From Arcobacter sp. (lineage in GTDB: Bacteria; Campylobacterota; Campylobacteria; Campylobacterales; Arcobacteraceae): a stretch of DNA of 26,537 nucleotides. This document shows, piece after piece, positions 1-10,050 of the stretch; within the stretch, counting starts at the first letter, position 1; each line of letters begins with the position of its first letter. The notes below the pieces were generated by a model. That model did not search any database. It had not been told where the DNA came from and saw only the letters and a program-made list of their open reading frames with translations. Location of the stretch: NCBI GenBank assembly GCA_965662175.1, contig CBFIGT010000022.1, positions 1 through 26,537 of the forward strand, written 5' to 3'. A program made the position numbers and the translations under genes.

Positions 1-13
1 TTATTGTTCTCAA
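1..13 (-). CDS. 5' end of a gene running off the left edge (TTG start, MRTI...); product unknown
   Basis: Minus strand reads AAGGA-tatatt-TTG AGA ACA ATA: Shine-Dalgarno plus TTG at 13..11, with a promoter-like element upstream. Confidence 0.5.
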
Positions 14-41
14 AATATATCCTTATTTTTTAGTAAAAAAG

Positions 42-50
42 ATTGTAGCA
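42..50 (-). promoter_or_regulatory. Extended -10 sigma70 promoter (TGcTACAAT) for the gene off the left edge
   Basis: Reverse complement of attgtagca is TGCTACAAT, matching the TGnTATAAT style, about 30 nt upstream of the TTG start. Confidence 0.55.
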
Positions 51-82
51 GGTTATGGTTTTATATTTGGTTATATACTATT

Positions 83-108
83 TTGCTCAAGCCATAAAGC
101 TTGAGCAA
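83..108 (-). terminator. Stem-loop at the 3' end of the nuo operon
   Basis: Perfect 10-bp inverted repeat TTGCTCAAGC-cataaa-GCTTGAGCAA, 12 nt after the nuoN stop. The U-tract on the minus strand is weak. Confidence 0.6.
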
Positions 109-120
109 TATTCAAAATTT

Positions 121-1602
121 CTAATATCCAGAAATTTGAACATAATAAGAGATCATCTCTAATAATGATTGAATATAGAAAATTGAAATTATAGTAAATA
201 AAGCACAAGCTCCAACTATAACTTTTGTAGTTGTTGTTGCATTTACCATAAATTTTACGCCCTCAATCTCAGGCTCTTTTAAGAACATATAAACAATTGG
301 TCTTAAATAATAGTAAGCAGCAATTGCAGAGTTTAGAGCCATTATTAAGGCTAATATTATATATCCAGCATTAACAGCTGCTCCTAAAAGATACATTTTC
401 CCCCAAAATAGAGCAAATGGTGGAACACCTGCAAGTGATAATAAAAACAGTCCCATAATAACAGCTGTCATTGGAGAAATTTTAATTAATCCTGCATATT
501 TTTCTAAAGCATGATCAGATGAGAAAGTATGATAATCTTTATTTCTATTTAACCATAACATAGCAAATCCACCAAGATTTGTCACTAAAAACAAAATCCA
601 ATATAAAAACATTGCTGTTGTTGCTTGTGTTGTACCTATTAAAATAGCAGCCATTGCAAAACCTGCATTTGAAATAGATGAATAAGCAAGCATTCTATTT
701 ATATCTCTTTGCCAAAGTGCTATGATGTTTGGAATAGTCATAGTTAAAACAACAATTCCAAATAAAATTGCTTCAACAAATAGATTTCCACTAGAAACAA
801 ATATCTCAAAAAATCTAAGTGCCACAACAAAACCAGCCATTTTTGGAACAATTGACATAAATCCAGCTAATGCAGCTGTTGAACCCTCATAAACATCTGC
901 AACCCATACATGAAATGGTACAAGTGATAATTTAAATCCAATAGCCGAAAGAATAAAAACTACACCTAATAAAATAAAAGGATAGTTATCAAAATCAGAT
1001 GCAGCCATAACCTCAGATATTTTTCCAAGCTCTACTGTTCCTGTAATTGCATAAAAAATTAAAGAACCAAAGGCAAAAAATGCAGCTGCTAATGCACCCA
1101 TTGTAAAGTATTTTATTGCAGCTTCAATTGCATTTGCTCTATTATGCATAGCAATCATAGTATATAAAGCCATAGATGAAGTTTCAAGTCCAACAAAAAT
1201 CAAAATCAGGGAATCAGAACTTACCATAAATTGGAAACCAGCTATCATAAATAGATATAAAGCATAATATTCAGGATATCTATATTCATGGAATCTTTGT
1301 TTTGAAAAAGATAACATAATAAATAAAATAGAAGCCACGATAATAATACCTTGAGCTAATATTGATATTCCATCAACAAGCATAAGGTCAAACATTCCCC
1401 TCATATCGCCACTAAATCCATATAGTGTTCCTAAATCAACTATTAAAAATAGTACAGTCAAAATCACATATAAAGATTTATCAAGTTTTTTATTTGCTAA
1501 ATCAATACATAAAATAACTAAAGCCCCTACAATAGCAACTATCATAGGAACCAATGTACCAAAATTTAAACTTGCAAAATCGATTGAAATATTAGGTATC
1601 AT
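121..1602 (-). CDS. nuoN: NADH-quinone oxidoreductase subunit N
   Basis: Antiporter-like membrane protein with EAAIKYF, FKLSLVPFHVWVADVYEG and RMLAYSSI motifs; last gene of the nuo operon. Confidence 0.97.
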   Translation of the reverse strand: MIPNISIDFASLNFGTLVPMIVAIVGALVILCIDLANKKLDKSLYVILTVLFLIVDLGTLYGFSGDMRGMFDLMLVDGISILAQGIIIVASILFIMLSFSKQRFHEYRYPEYYALYLFMIAGFQFMVSSDSLILIFVGLETSSMALYTMIAMHNRANAIEAAIKYFTMGALAAAFFAFGSLIFYAITGTVELGKISEVMAASDFDNYPFILLGVVFILSAIGFKLSLVPFHVWVADVYEGSTAALAGFMSIVPKMAGFVVALRFFEIFVSSGNLFVEAILFGIVVLTMTIPNIIALWQRDINRMLAYSSISNAGFAMAAILIGTTQATTAMFLYWILFLVTNLGGFAMLWLNRNKDYHTFSSDHALEKYAGLIKISPMTAVIMGLFLLSLAGVPPFALFWGKMYLLGAAVNAGYIILALIMALNSAIAAYYYLRPIVYMFLKEPEIEGVKFMVNATTTTKVIVGACALFTIISIFYIQSLLEMISYYVQISGY

Positions 1603-3128
1603 TATTTTGCCTCCCCTATTGTATTGCTTGATACAATTTGAGCTCTTGTTGTCTCACTTTGTGCTTTTATCTCCATAATCTCTACTAGGTGTTTTACAGA
1701 GGTATTAACAGGCTCCAAGATTGGTTTTGGATAAATTCCCAAAATCACTACCAATGCAACAAGAGGAATAAGAGCAACTAATTCTCGTCCTTTTGCATCT
1801 TCTAGTTTCTCATTTTTAGGATTTGTAATTGCTCCAAAAAAAGATTTTTTGTATAAAACTAACATATAAACAGCACCTAAAATAATAGTTAATCCTGCAA
1901 TAATAGTTAAAATAGGAGAGACTTTAAAGAATCCTAATAAAGATAAAAACTCACCAACAAAACCTATAGTTAGAGGTAATCCAACAGAAGCCATTAACAT
2001 AATGGCAAAAATAGTTGCATAAATTGGCATAACTTTTGCTAAGCCTCCAAAATCACTCATAAGTTTTGTATGTGTTCTATCATAAATAACACCAACTAAC
2101 ATAAACAGCGCTCCTGAAACAATACCATGTGAAATCATCAAGAAAATTGAACCACCAAGTCCCTCAACATTTAAAGCAAATGTTCCTAAAATAATAACAC
2201 CCATATGAGAAACAGATGAGTATGCAATTACTTGTTTCATATCCTCTTGAGCATAAGCTACCATTGCTGTATAAACAATAGCAATTAAAGCTAAAATTGC
2301 CATAGGTATCATAAAGTAAACACTCGCATCAGGGAAAAGAGGAAGTGAAAATCTAATAAATCCATATGTTCCCATTTTTAGTAAAACAGCAGCTAGTATT
2401 ACAGAACCAATTGTTGGTGCTTGTCCGTGTGCATATGGAAGCCATGTATGAAAGGGTACCATTGGAACTTTGATAGCAAATCCAGCAAAGAAAGCAACAA
2501 AAAGCCATAATTGCATATCAAATGGAAGAAGAAGCATATTCCAATCAAGAAGACTAAAACTCCATGTTCCTGTTGTTTGGAAATATACATATCCAAGATA
2601 TAACATACCAATTAGCATAACAAGTGAACCTGTAAATGTATAAATAAAGAATTTAATAGAAGCATAAATTCTTAATTTCCCACCCCAAGCTCCTATGATA
2701 TATAACATAGGTACAAGTGATAATTCCCAGAAAAGATAAAAAACAATTGCATCTAAAGCTAAAAATACACCTACCATAGTCATCTCTAAAAATAGAACGG
2801 TAATGATTAAATTCTTTAAAGATCTAGTTTCTGTTAATCCAATAATAGAAATCATTGTCATAAATGTAGTCATAAGAACTAAAAATAGAGAAATACCATC
2901 TATTCCTACAATATAATTAATACCATATGCTCCAATTAAAGGAATCATCTCATTAAACTGCATTCCAGGGTTTGAGGAATCAAAAACACTCCAAAGCACT
3001 AAAGATATTATAAACTCTATTAGTGTAACAATAATTGCATAAGTTCGAATAGAATCCTCTTTTACAAGAAAACCTATAAACGCTGCAAATGCTGGAAAAA
3101 ATATTAATATTGATAAAATATGTTCCAT
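1602..3128 (-). CDS. nuoM: NADH-quinone oxidoreductase subunit M
   Basis: FYLFWE, IKVPMVPFHTWLP, LLKMGTYG and IAYSSVSHMG motifs; operon position. Confidence 0.97.
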   Translation of the reverse strand: MEHILSILIFFPAFAAFIGFLVKEDSIRTYAIIVTLIEFIISLVLWSVFDSSNPGMQFNEMIPLIGAYGINYIVGIDGISLFLVLMTTFMTMISIIGLTETRSLKNLIITVLFLEMTMVGVFLALDAIVFYLFWELSLVPMLYIIGAWGGKLRIYASIKFFIYTFTGSLVMLIGMLYLGYVYFQTTGTWSFSLLDWNMLLLPFDMQLWLFVAFFAGFAIKVPMVPFHTWLPYAHGQAPTIGSVILAAVLLKMGTYGFIRFSLPLFPDASVYFMIPMAILALIAIVYTAMVAYAQEDMKQVIAYSSVSHMGVIILGTFALNVEGLGGSIFLMISHGIVSGALFMLVGVIYDRTHTKLMSDFGGLAKVMPIYATIFAIMLMASVGLPLTIGFVGEFLSLLGFFKVSPILTIIAGLTIILGAVYMLVLYKKSFFGAITNPKNEKLEDAKGRELVALIPLVALVVILGIYPKPILEPVNTSVKHLVEIMEIKAQSETTRAQIVSSNTIGEAK

Positions 3129-3140
3129 ATACCTAACCCT

Positions 3141-5072
3141 TTACTTTAAAAACCCAAGTGCAACACTTAAGACTAATAATATTACAAGACCATAAACCAT
3201 AACTTTCAACGAAGTTGATAAGTTACCCGATTGAATTGTTCTTGCCTCTTTACCAGATGCATATACAACTTTTCCAATACCATCAACAATAGCATCTATA
3301 ATCTTCATATCAATTGCTTTCCATGCAAATTTAGATAGTGCTAAATATGGTCTATTTATAAGATACTCTAAGAAATGAGGCATAAAATATTGATTTGCCA
3401 ATAGTTTATAACAAGATTTATCTTTCATCTTTTCACTAAAATATGTACCACTTTTTTTGTACTTAAACACTGCAAATAAAATACCTCCAAGGGCAATAGC
3501 ACTTGTAGCTGCAATCAAAATATTTAAAGTAGAATGAGAAACATGAATTTCTAATTGTGGTAAAACTTTTGTAATCATCTCAACAAAAGAGTCTTTAAAC
3601 CAACCAGCAATAATTGCAAGCACAGCAAGTGGAGTCATGGCAGCTATTACAAATGGATAAGTTTCATGTGGGTGATATCCAAATTTCTTGAAATTTTCTT
3701 CCCCATGAAATACATACATAATAAGTCTAAATGAATAAAATGCAGTAAGTCCAGCTGTTATCCATAATATTGCCCATAAAATATATGCATGACTTCCAAA
3801 AGCTACTTCTAAAATTAAATCTTTTGAAAAGAATCCAGCAAGTGGCCAAATCCCTGCAAGTGCAACTGATGCTATTGTCATAATAATAGATGTTGCTTTC
3901 ATATGTTTATGAAGACCACCCATATTTTTTATATTAATCTCATCATTTGTAGCATGCATTACATTTCCAGCGCCTAAGAAAAGAACTGATTTAAAAAATG
4001 CATGAGTTGCAAGATGGAAAAGTGCTACCCAATAAGCTCCAAGTCCAGCAGCCACAAACATATATCCAAGCTGACTTAGCGTTGAAAAAGCAATAATTTT
4101 TTTAATATTTGTAGCAACTAATGCCTGAGAAGCTGCAAAAATAGCAACAAATGCACCAAGACATGCTATAAAATATCCAACTTCAGGAACAACAGTAAAA
4201 ATTTCATTTGCACGAACTACTAAATAAACTCCAGCTGTTACCATTGTAGCTGCGTGAATAAGTGCTGAAACAGGTGTTGGACCTTCCATTGCATTTGCTA
4301 ACCATTGATTAAATGGAAACTGAGCTGATTTACCCATAGCTCCAATAAATAAAAAGGCTGCAATTGCTACTACAATTCCAGTTGAAAGTGTTCCAATCTC
4401 TTTAAACACTTCATCATATTGTAGTGTTCCTAAATTCCAATAAATTAAGAAAAGGCCAACTAACATACCCAAATCAGCAACTCTATTCATAATAAAAGCT
4501 TCATTAGCTGCATATGAAGGACTTATTGATGAGTGAGGAGAAAGAGTTGAAAATGGTGAGTTATAGATATCTTTAACCAATGGTTTATCCTCTTTATGAT
4601 ACCAAAATCCAATTAATCCCCAAGAACAAAGTCCAACACCTTCCCAACCTATAAATAAGCCAGCAAAATTATCACTCATTACTAAAATCATCATTGAAAA
4701 TACAAATGCTGAAAGCCAAGCAAAAAATCTATTAAAACTCTTATCATGGTCCATATATCCAATAGAGTGAATATGTACCATTGTTGAAACTATTGTTACA
4801 ACAACCATCATAGTAACACTTACTCCATCAGCTACAAAACCAAAAGGAATATTTAGGTTTCCTATTACAATCCAATCCATCATTTTTAAATGAATAGTTT
4901 CACCCGTTGTATAAACATAATATAAAAGATTTAAAGAAGCAAGCATAGAAACACCAATCATAAGTGATGAAAATATTCCTATAAATAATATCTTAGGTTT
5001 TAGTGAAAACAGTGCTGCAAAAAGTGAAGCTACAAGAGGAGCAAATAGTGCTATATATACAAACTTTTCCAT
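3141..5072 (-). CDS. nuoL: NADH-quinone oxidoreductase subunit L
   Basis: GWEGVGLCS, GKSAQFP, AMEGPTPVSALIHAATMVTAG and HAFFK motifs. Confidence 0.97.
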   Translation of the reverse strand: MEKFVYIALFAPLVASLFAALFSLKPKILFIGIFSSLMIGVSMLASLNLLYYVYTTGETIHLKMMDWIVIGNLNIPFGFVADGVSVTMMVVVTIVSTMVHIHSIGYMDHDKSFNRFFAWLSAFVFSMMILVMSDNFAGLFIGWEGVGLCSWGLIGFWYHKEDKPLVKDIYNSPFSTLSPHSSISPSYAANEAFIMNRVADLGMLVGLFLIYWNLGTLQYDEVFKEIGTLSTGIVVAIAAFLFIGAMGKSAQFPFNQWLANAMEGPTPVSALIHAATMVTAGVYLVVRANEIFTVVPEVGYFIACLGAFVAIFAASQALVATNIKKIIAFSTLSQLGYMFVAAGLGAYWVALFHLATHAFFKSVLFLGAGNVMHATNDEINIKNMGGLHKHMKATSIIMTIASVALAGIWPLAGFFSKDLILEVAFGSHAYILWAILWITAGLTAFYSFRLIMYVFHGEENFKKFGYHPHETYPFVIAAMTPLAVLAIIAGWFKDSFVEMITKVLPQLEIHVSHSTLNILIAATSAIALGGILFAVFKYKKSGTYFSEKMKDKSCYKLLANQYFMPHFLEYLINRPYLALSKFAWKAIDMKIIDAIVDGIGKVVYASGKEARTIQSGNLSTSLKVMVYGLVILLVLSVALGFLK

Positions 5073-5074
5073 AT

Positions 5075-5374
5075 CTATCCCTCCATACTTTGTAATGTAT
5101 CAAGATTAATAGAGTTCTTTTTCTTATACCAAAGAATAAGTAATCCTAAACCAATAGCAACCTCACTTGCAGCAATTGCAACTATAAAAAATGCAAACAT
5201 TTGACCTGTTAAATCTTGATGAAAATGAGAAACAGCAGCAAGTCCAATATTAACCGCATTTAACATAATCTCTGTTGCAAAAAATAGCATCAAAAGGTTT
5301 TTTCTTCTTATAACCCCAACTAATCCTATACAAAATAGAACCGCTGAAAGTATTAAATATGCGTTTAAACTCAT
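5075..5374 (-). CDS. nuoK: NADH-quinone oxidoreductase subunit K
   Basis: Small hydrophobic protein with RRKNLL, EIMLNA and AASEVAIGL motifs. Confidence 0.96.
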   Translation of the reverse strand: MSLNAYLILSAVLFCIGLVGVIRRKNLLMLFFATEIMLNAVNIGLAAVSHFHQDLTGQMFAFFIVAIAASEVAIGLGLLILWYKKKNSINLDTLQSMEG

Positions 5375-5946
5375 TTGCTATCCTTTTCTTCTGCTTCTTC
5401 TAATGCATCTATCTCTTTTTCGCTAAGCTCTGAATATGATACATCCATCTTTTTCCCAGCTAAAATAATTCCACCAATCATAGCAACTAGCAACATTACA
5501 GCAGCCACTTCAAAAGGAACTAAATATTTTGTAAATAATACAATCCCAACATCTTGTGTATTTCCATAAGATGGGTGAACAGGATGTTCAGCTAAGATAT
5601 GCTCTCCTGCAATTGGAATTATAAAAGCTAAAACTATAACTAAAGCTGCAATTCCACTTAGTAAAAACACTAATCTTGGATTTTGAATCTTCTCTTTAAC
5701 TTCACTCATTGAATCAAAAAACATCATTCCAAAAGCATATAAAGCCATTACAGCACCTGTATAAACTACAATTTGAACAACCCCTAAGAAATCTGCATTA
5801 AGTAAAAAGAAAAATGCTGAGATAAAAATCATACCAGCTGCAAGTGAACTTAGTGCATAAAGTGCATTGTTTGTTAGAACCGTTATTCCAAACATCCCTA
5901 TTGTCAATATTGCAAATAGATAAAAAGCTACTATTTCAAACATCAT
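5371..5946 (-). CDS. nuoJ: NADH-quinone oxidoreductase subunit J
   Basis: QIVVYTGAV and PFEVAAVMLLVAMIG motifs; lies between nuoI and nuoK. Confidence 0.96.
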   Translation of the reverse strand: MMFEIVAFYLFAILTIGMFGITVLTNNALYALSSLAAGMIFISAFFFLLNADFLGVVQIVVYTGAVMALYAFGMMFFDSMSEVKEKIQNPRLVFLLSGIAALVIVLAFIIPIAGEHILAEHPVHPSYGNTQDVGIVLFTKYLVPFEVAAVMLLVAMIGGIILAGKKMDVSYSELSEKEIDALEEAEEKDSK

Positions 5947-5951
5947 CTCTC

Positions 5952-6575
5952 CTAATACTCTAATGGAGTTTTTTTGATTTTTTCATCAGCATCTGGAGAT
6001 ACCGCACCAAAACCTGGATACTCTTTTTGTAAACTTAATTTATCAAGAGGTGTTAATAAATCATCTTTAACCACAAAATGCGCTCTTTGTTCACTTGCAT
6101 TTTCATATCTTCCACCGTGAACAATTGCAAGTTCTGGACAAACCTCAGCACAATATCCACAAAAAATACAACGACCAAAATTAATTGTATACTCTAAAAC
6201 CTCTTTTCTAGAGTTTTCATCAATTTTTGTATCCATTCTAATACAATCAGAAATACAAATTTTTTCACAAAGTCCACAACCAATACATCTATTTTCACCT
6301 GATTCCAATAAAGCAAGCAATTTATGAACAGCCCTAAATCTAGGTCCTATTGGTAGTTTTTCAGCTGGATACTCAACTGTGTGCATATTTTTTTGAAAAA
6401 GTGCCTCTTTCATCATCACAAATGTAATTTTTAGACCGCCAAAAAGCTCACCTTTTATTGATCTTTTAAATATTTGTTTAAACTCTTCCCATCCTGTTTG
6501 TGGGTAAGCATCTTTTTGCACATTTATATAATTTTCACTGATGTTTCTATTTTTTAAATCATTTAACTTCATCAT
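5952..6575 (-). CDS. nuoI: NADH-quinone oxidoreductase subunit I (2x[4Fe-4S])
   Basis: CIGCGLCEKIC and CIFCGYCAEVCP ferredoxin motifs. Confidence 0.97.
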   Translation of the reverse strand: MMKLNDLKNRNISENYINVQKDAYPQTGWEEFKQIFKRSIKGELFGGLKITFVMMKEALFQKNMHTVEYPAEKLPIGPRFRAVHKLLALLESGENRCIGCGLCEKICISDCIRMDTKIDENSRKEVLEYTINFGRCIFCGYCAEVCPELAIVHGGRYENASEQRAHFVVKDDLLTPLDKLSLQKEYPGFGAVSPDADEKIKKTPLEY

Positions 6576-6581
6576 AATCTC

Positions 6582-7574
6582 CTAAAACATCATTACAAAA
6601 CCAGTAATTAAGATATTAATTACTGCTAATGGCATTAAAATTTTCCAACATAACCACATCAATTGGTCAGGTCTTACATGTGGCCAAGAAGCTCTTGTCC
6701 ATAAAAAGAAGAAAATTAAAAACATAACTTTTAATACAATTGCTAAACCACCTGGAATAAACCATAAGTCATTAAATCCACCTAAAAAGATAAGTGAAAT
6801 CAAAAATGCAACAGTAAAAAGGTTGGCATACTCACCTATAAAAAACATACCCCATCTCATACCTGAATACTCAGTTGCATATCCAGCTACTATCTCAGCT
6901 TCATGCTCAAGTAAATCAAATGGTGTTCTATTTGTTTCAGCAAATCCAGCAATTACAAATAAAATAAATGCCAAAGGTTGAGTCCAAACTATCCATGAAC
7001 CAACACCTGCACTTTGGTAGTTATTAATATCAATTAAAGATAAAGAACCAACCAACATCAAAGGTGCTAATAATGCAAGTCCTGATACAACCTCATAAGA
7101 TAAAAGTTGAATAGCTGTTCTAGCTCCTCCTAAAAGTGCCCATTTATTAGAAGAACTCATTCCAGCTAATAAAGGTCCATAAAGTCCAACAGAAGCCACA
7201 CCCATTACAAATAAAACCCCAACATTTATATCTGCAACAATAGGACGTATTGTATATCCAAAGATTTCAAACTCTGGGAAAAATGGAACAGCAGTCATTG
7301 CAATAAATGCAGTTGCGGCTGTAATAATTGGAGCTATTTTAAAGATAGGTTTAACAGCGTGTTGAGGAATAAAATCCTCTTTTGTAAATAACTTTGCCCC
7401 ATCACAAAGAATTTGTAAAAGACCATATGGCCCTACATTTGTAGGTCCAAGTCTTCTTTGCATCCAAGCTAATACTTTTCTTTCGATATATGTTGTAAAA
7501 CCTGCAATTGCGGAAAATACTGCTAATATAACAACTACTTTTACAACTGTTTCTATTAAAATACTTGTCTCCAT
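6582..7574 (-). CDS. nuoH: NADH-quinone oxidoreductase subunit H
   Basis: ERKVLAWMQRRLGP, AETNRTPFDL and EYSG motifs. Confidence 0.97.
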   Translation of the reverse strand: METSILIETVVKVVVILAVFSAIAGFTTYIERKVLAWMQRRLGPTNVGPYGLLQILCDGAKLFTKEDFIPQHAVKPIFKIAPIITAATAFIAMTAVPFFPEFEIFGYTIRPIVADINVGVLFVMGVASVGLYGPLLAGMSSSNKWALLGGARTAIQLLSYEVVSGLALLAPLMLVGSLSLIDINNYQSAGVGSWIVWTQPLAFILFVIAGFAETNRTPFDLLEHEAEIVAGYATEYSGMRWGMFFIGEYANLFTVAFLISLIFLGGFNDLWFIPGGLAIVLKVMFLIFFFLWTRASWPHVRPDQLMWLCWKILMPLAVINILITGFVMMF

Positions 7575-7575
7575 A

Positions 7576-10050
7576 TTACACCTTTTTTACTATTGCACTT
7601 GTAAATCTATATCCATCAAAAAGTGCTTTTGTATTTAAGTTTTTCTCAAAAGTTGAAACATATGCAATCTCACCTGAAACTTGATTATCACTATAAACTG
7701 ATACCTCAATATCAACTCCATTTGCACTTAAAACTACTTTATCTCCACATGAAAGCTCTAATTTTTCTAAAAATTTTTCATTTGCAAAAAGTCCACTTTG
7801 TAAATCATCTTTAAACTCATGGGCAATTGCTGTAAACTCATTAAATTGATTAATTGGATTTGCTCTATAAATAGTAATCTCACCCTCAGCTAAATCAAAT
7901 GATCTTAACTCTTTTGAAGCTATTTCTTCACTTGTTTCACAGGCAATTTCATCTAAAATATATCCTCTATGCTCTACCCAGTCATTTGAAAAATAGTTTG
8001 ATAAACTATCAAACTCTAAGGCTTTAAATCCTTTTGAACTTGGTAAAAGTTTTGTATACTCTATTGTATGTTCAATCTCTGTTTCAAGTAAAACATTTGC
8101 AATATCATTTAATTCATAAGCCTTATAAGGTAAAGCTGCATTTGTTGGAACTACTCTTTTATTTATATTAGTAAAAGTCCCCTCTTGTTGGTTAAGTGCT
8201 GGCATATCTAAATCTCCATCACCAAGTGCAGATAACTGATAATCAGCTTGCACGTTATAACCAATAGAATAAGAACCCTCTTCTTCATCTAAATCACAAA
8301 TTAAACTTACCCCTAATGTATTTGTGTTTGTTGGGATAATTACAATTTTAAACTCTGTATATTTTTCAACTAATGCTACAAGTTTTGCTAAGTTAGCACT
8401 TTTTGGATGAGTTATTAAATCTTCACCAATAATTAAAGCATAAGCATCTTTTTTAGCCAACATATCAGTAATAGTATCAAGAAGTGTAACATCAGCTCCA
8501 ATCTCATCAAGAAGTTTTGTATACTCATACTCAACTTCCTTAGAGACTTTTTTAGGAACCATTTTACTAACTTCTTTCTCTTCACCTGTCTCTTTATCAA
8601 CTTCAACAGATACAACTTTCTCTTTTATCATCTCTTGAACAGTTTTTACTCTTGTCTCTTTATATGAGTCTAAAACTGTTTGAATATTTTCAGGTAAATT
8701 TTTCCCAAATCTATCTAAGATAAAGTATAAAACTGACTCTTCAGCTAATGGTTTATGATAAATAAATTCAGTAGTTTTCCCTCTTTTACCACACTGTTCC
8801 ATAACCGGGTCACTCATAGGATGAAAATATAATCCAGCACCTTTATTCATAACGACAGAGTTATTAAAGGCATATTTAGTATTTGGTGAGTCTGATTTTA
8901 AGTAAGCTCCAAGAGAGATTACAAAGTTAGCATTATGAATATCATTTAAATCTCCGCCATATAAAGATTTTCCAGATACACTTGAATAAGAGTTTAAGAA
9001 TTTTTTATAAGCTAATGCTTCACTATTTATAAGTTTATATCCATATCTCTCTTTTAATTTTTGTAAAATTAATGCTTCTTCATTTGTAATAAATGAATTA
9101 AATTTAATAGTGTCAGCTTTTTTAAACTCTTCAATAGCTTTTGCAAATTGAGCTTCATCTTTTGATTCAACTCTATTTTCAAAATCATAAGCAAATCTAG
9201 CAGCTCCATTTAGTGAGTTATAGTGATGTTCATTTGTAACTCTATAGATTTTTTGTGTTGAATGATTTACAATAGATTCATGTTTTACTTCATAATAAAT
9301 CAATGAACAATCACTTGAGTGTGCATTTGAAGCTGGAATTCTTGTAAGCTCCCAAGCATTTGATTTATACTGGAAATCATTAGAGACTAATGCTCCAACA
9401 GGACAAACAGAGATACACTCACCACAATCAACACACTTATCTTCTTCAAAACCAATAAGTGATTTATTTAGTTTATTCCACATAGCGTATGCATCTTTTG
9501 GCATACTCTCTTTAAAAAATCCACTAATAGGCTCTGCACCTCTTTTTACAGTTGATAAAGCATTTGAACCAATCATATCTTTACATACAGTTACACACTT
9601 TTCACAAACTATACATAATCCTGGGTCATAATTCATAACTCCCCAATGAGCTGTTGGTCTATGTACATCTCGTACAGCATAACTTTGGGAATCAACTTTT
9701 TGATATAAAGAGTAGTTTTGAAGTTCACATTCACCACTTTGGTCACAAACTCCACACTGCAATGGATGATTTACATCGTAAACTTCCATAATAGCACGTC
9801 TCTCTTTTTCTATAGTAGGAGTTGTAGTTTTTACCTCCATGCCATCTTTTACCTTAGCATTACAAGCATAAATCTGTTTTCCACCTGATTCCACAAGACA
9901 TAATCTACAAGCTAATGTTGGAGAACATCTAGTCAAATAACAAAGTGCTGGAATAAAAATTCCGTTTGCTCTTGCTATATTTAAAACAGACTCACCATCT
10001 TTTGCTTTAATCTCTTTTCCATCAATTGTTAAAGTAATCATTTCACTCAT
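7576..10050 (-). CDS. nuoG: NADH-quinone oxidoreductase subunit G
   Basis: N-terminal 2Fe-2S motif (LCY...CRLCLVE...C), HPLQCGVCDQSGECELQ and two CxxCxxCxxxC motifs, followed by a molybdopterin-oxidoreductase-like C-terminus. Confidence 0.96.
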   Translation of the reverse strand: MSEMITLTIDGKEIKAKDGESVLNIARANGIFIPALCYLTRCSPTLACRLCLVESGGKQIYACNAKVKDGMEVKTTTPTIEKERRAIMEVYDVNHPLQCGVCDQSGECELQNYSLYQKVDSQSYAVRDVHRPTAHWGVMNYDPGLCIVCEKCVTVCKDMIGSNALSTVKRGAEPISGFFKESMPKDAYAMWNKLNKSLIGFEEDKCVDCGECISVCPVGALVSNDFQYKSNAWELTRIPASNAHSSDCSLIYYEVKHESIVNHSTQKIYRVTNEHHYNSLNGAARFAYDFENRVESKDEAQFAKAIEEFKKADTIKFNSFITNEEALILQKLKERYGYKLINSEALAYKKFLNSYSSVSGKSLYGGDLNDIHNANFVISLGAYLKSDSPNTKYAFNNSVVMNKGAGLYFHPMSDPVMEQCGKRGKTTEFIYHKPLAEESVLYFILDRFGKNLPENIQTVLDSYKETRVKTVQEMIKEKVVSVEVDKETGEEKEVSKMVPKKVSKEVEYEYTKLLDEIGADVTLLDTITDMLAKKDAYALIIGEDLITHPKSANLAKLVALVEKYTEFKIVIIPTNTNTLGVSLICDLDEEEGSYSIGYNVQADYQLSALGDGDLDMPALNQQEGTFTNINKRVVPTNAALPYKAYELNDIANVLLETEIEHTIEYTKLLPSSKGFKALEFDSLSNYFSNDWVEHRGYILDEIACETSEEIASKELRSFDLAEGEITIYRANPINQFNEFTAIAHEFKDDLQSGLFANEKFLEKLELSCGDKVVLSANGVDIEVSVYSDNQVSGEIAYVSTFEKNLNTKALFDGYRFTSAIVKKV

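Noticed and set aside
51..76. GGTTAT repeats upstream of the left-edge promoter
   Set aside because: Short and irregularly spaced; cannot be distinguished from chance.
2399..2611. Short alternative-frame or antisense ORFs in the track (also 5375, 7623, 8433, 10486, 12413, 12720, 15028, 16720, 25093)
   Set aside because: All overlap well-supported genes and have no recognisable motifs; treated as shadow ORFs.
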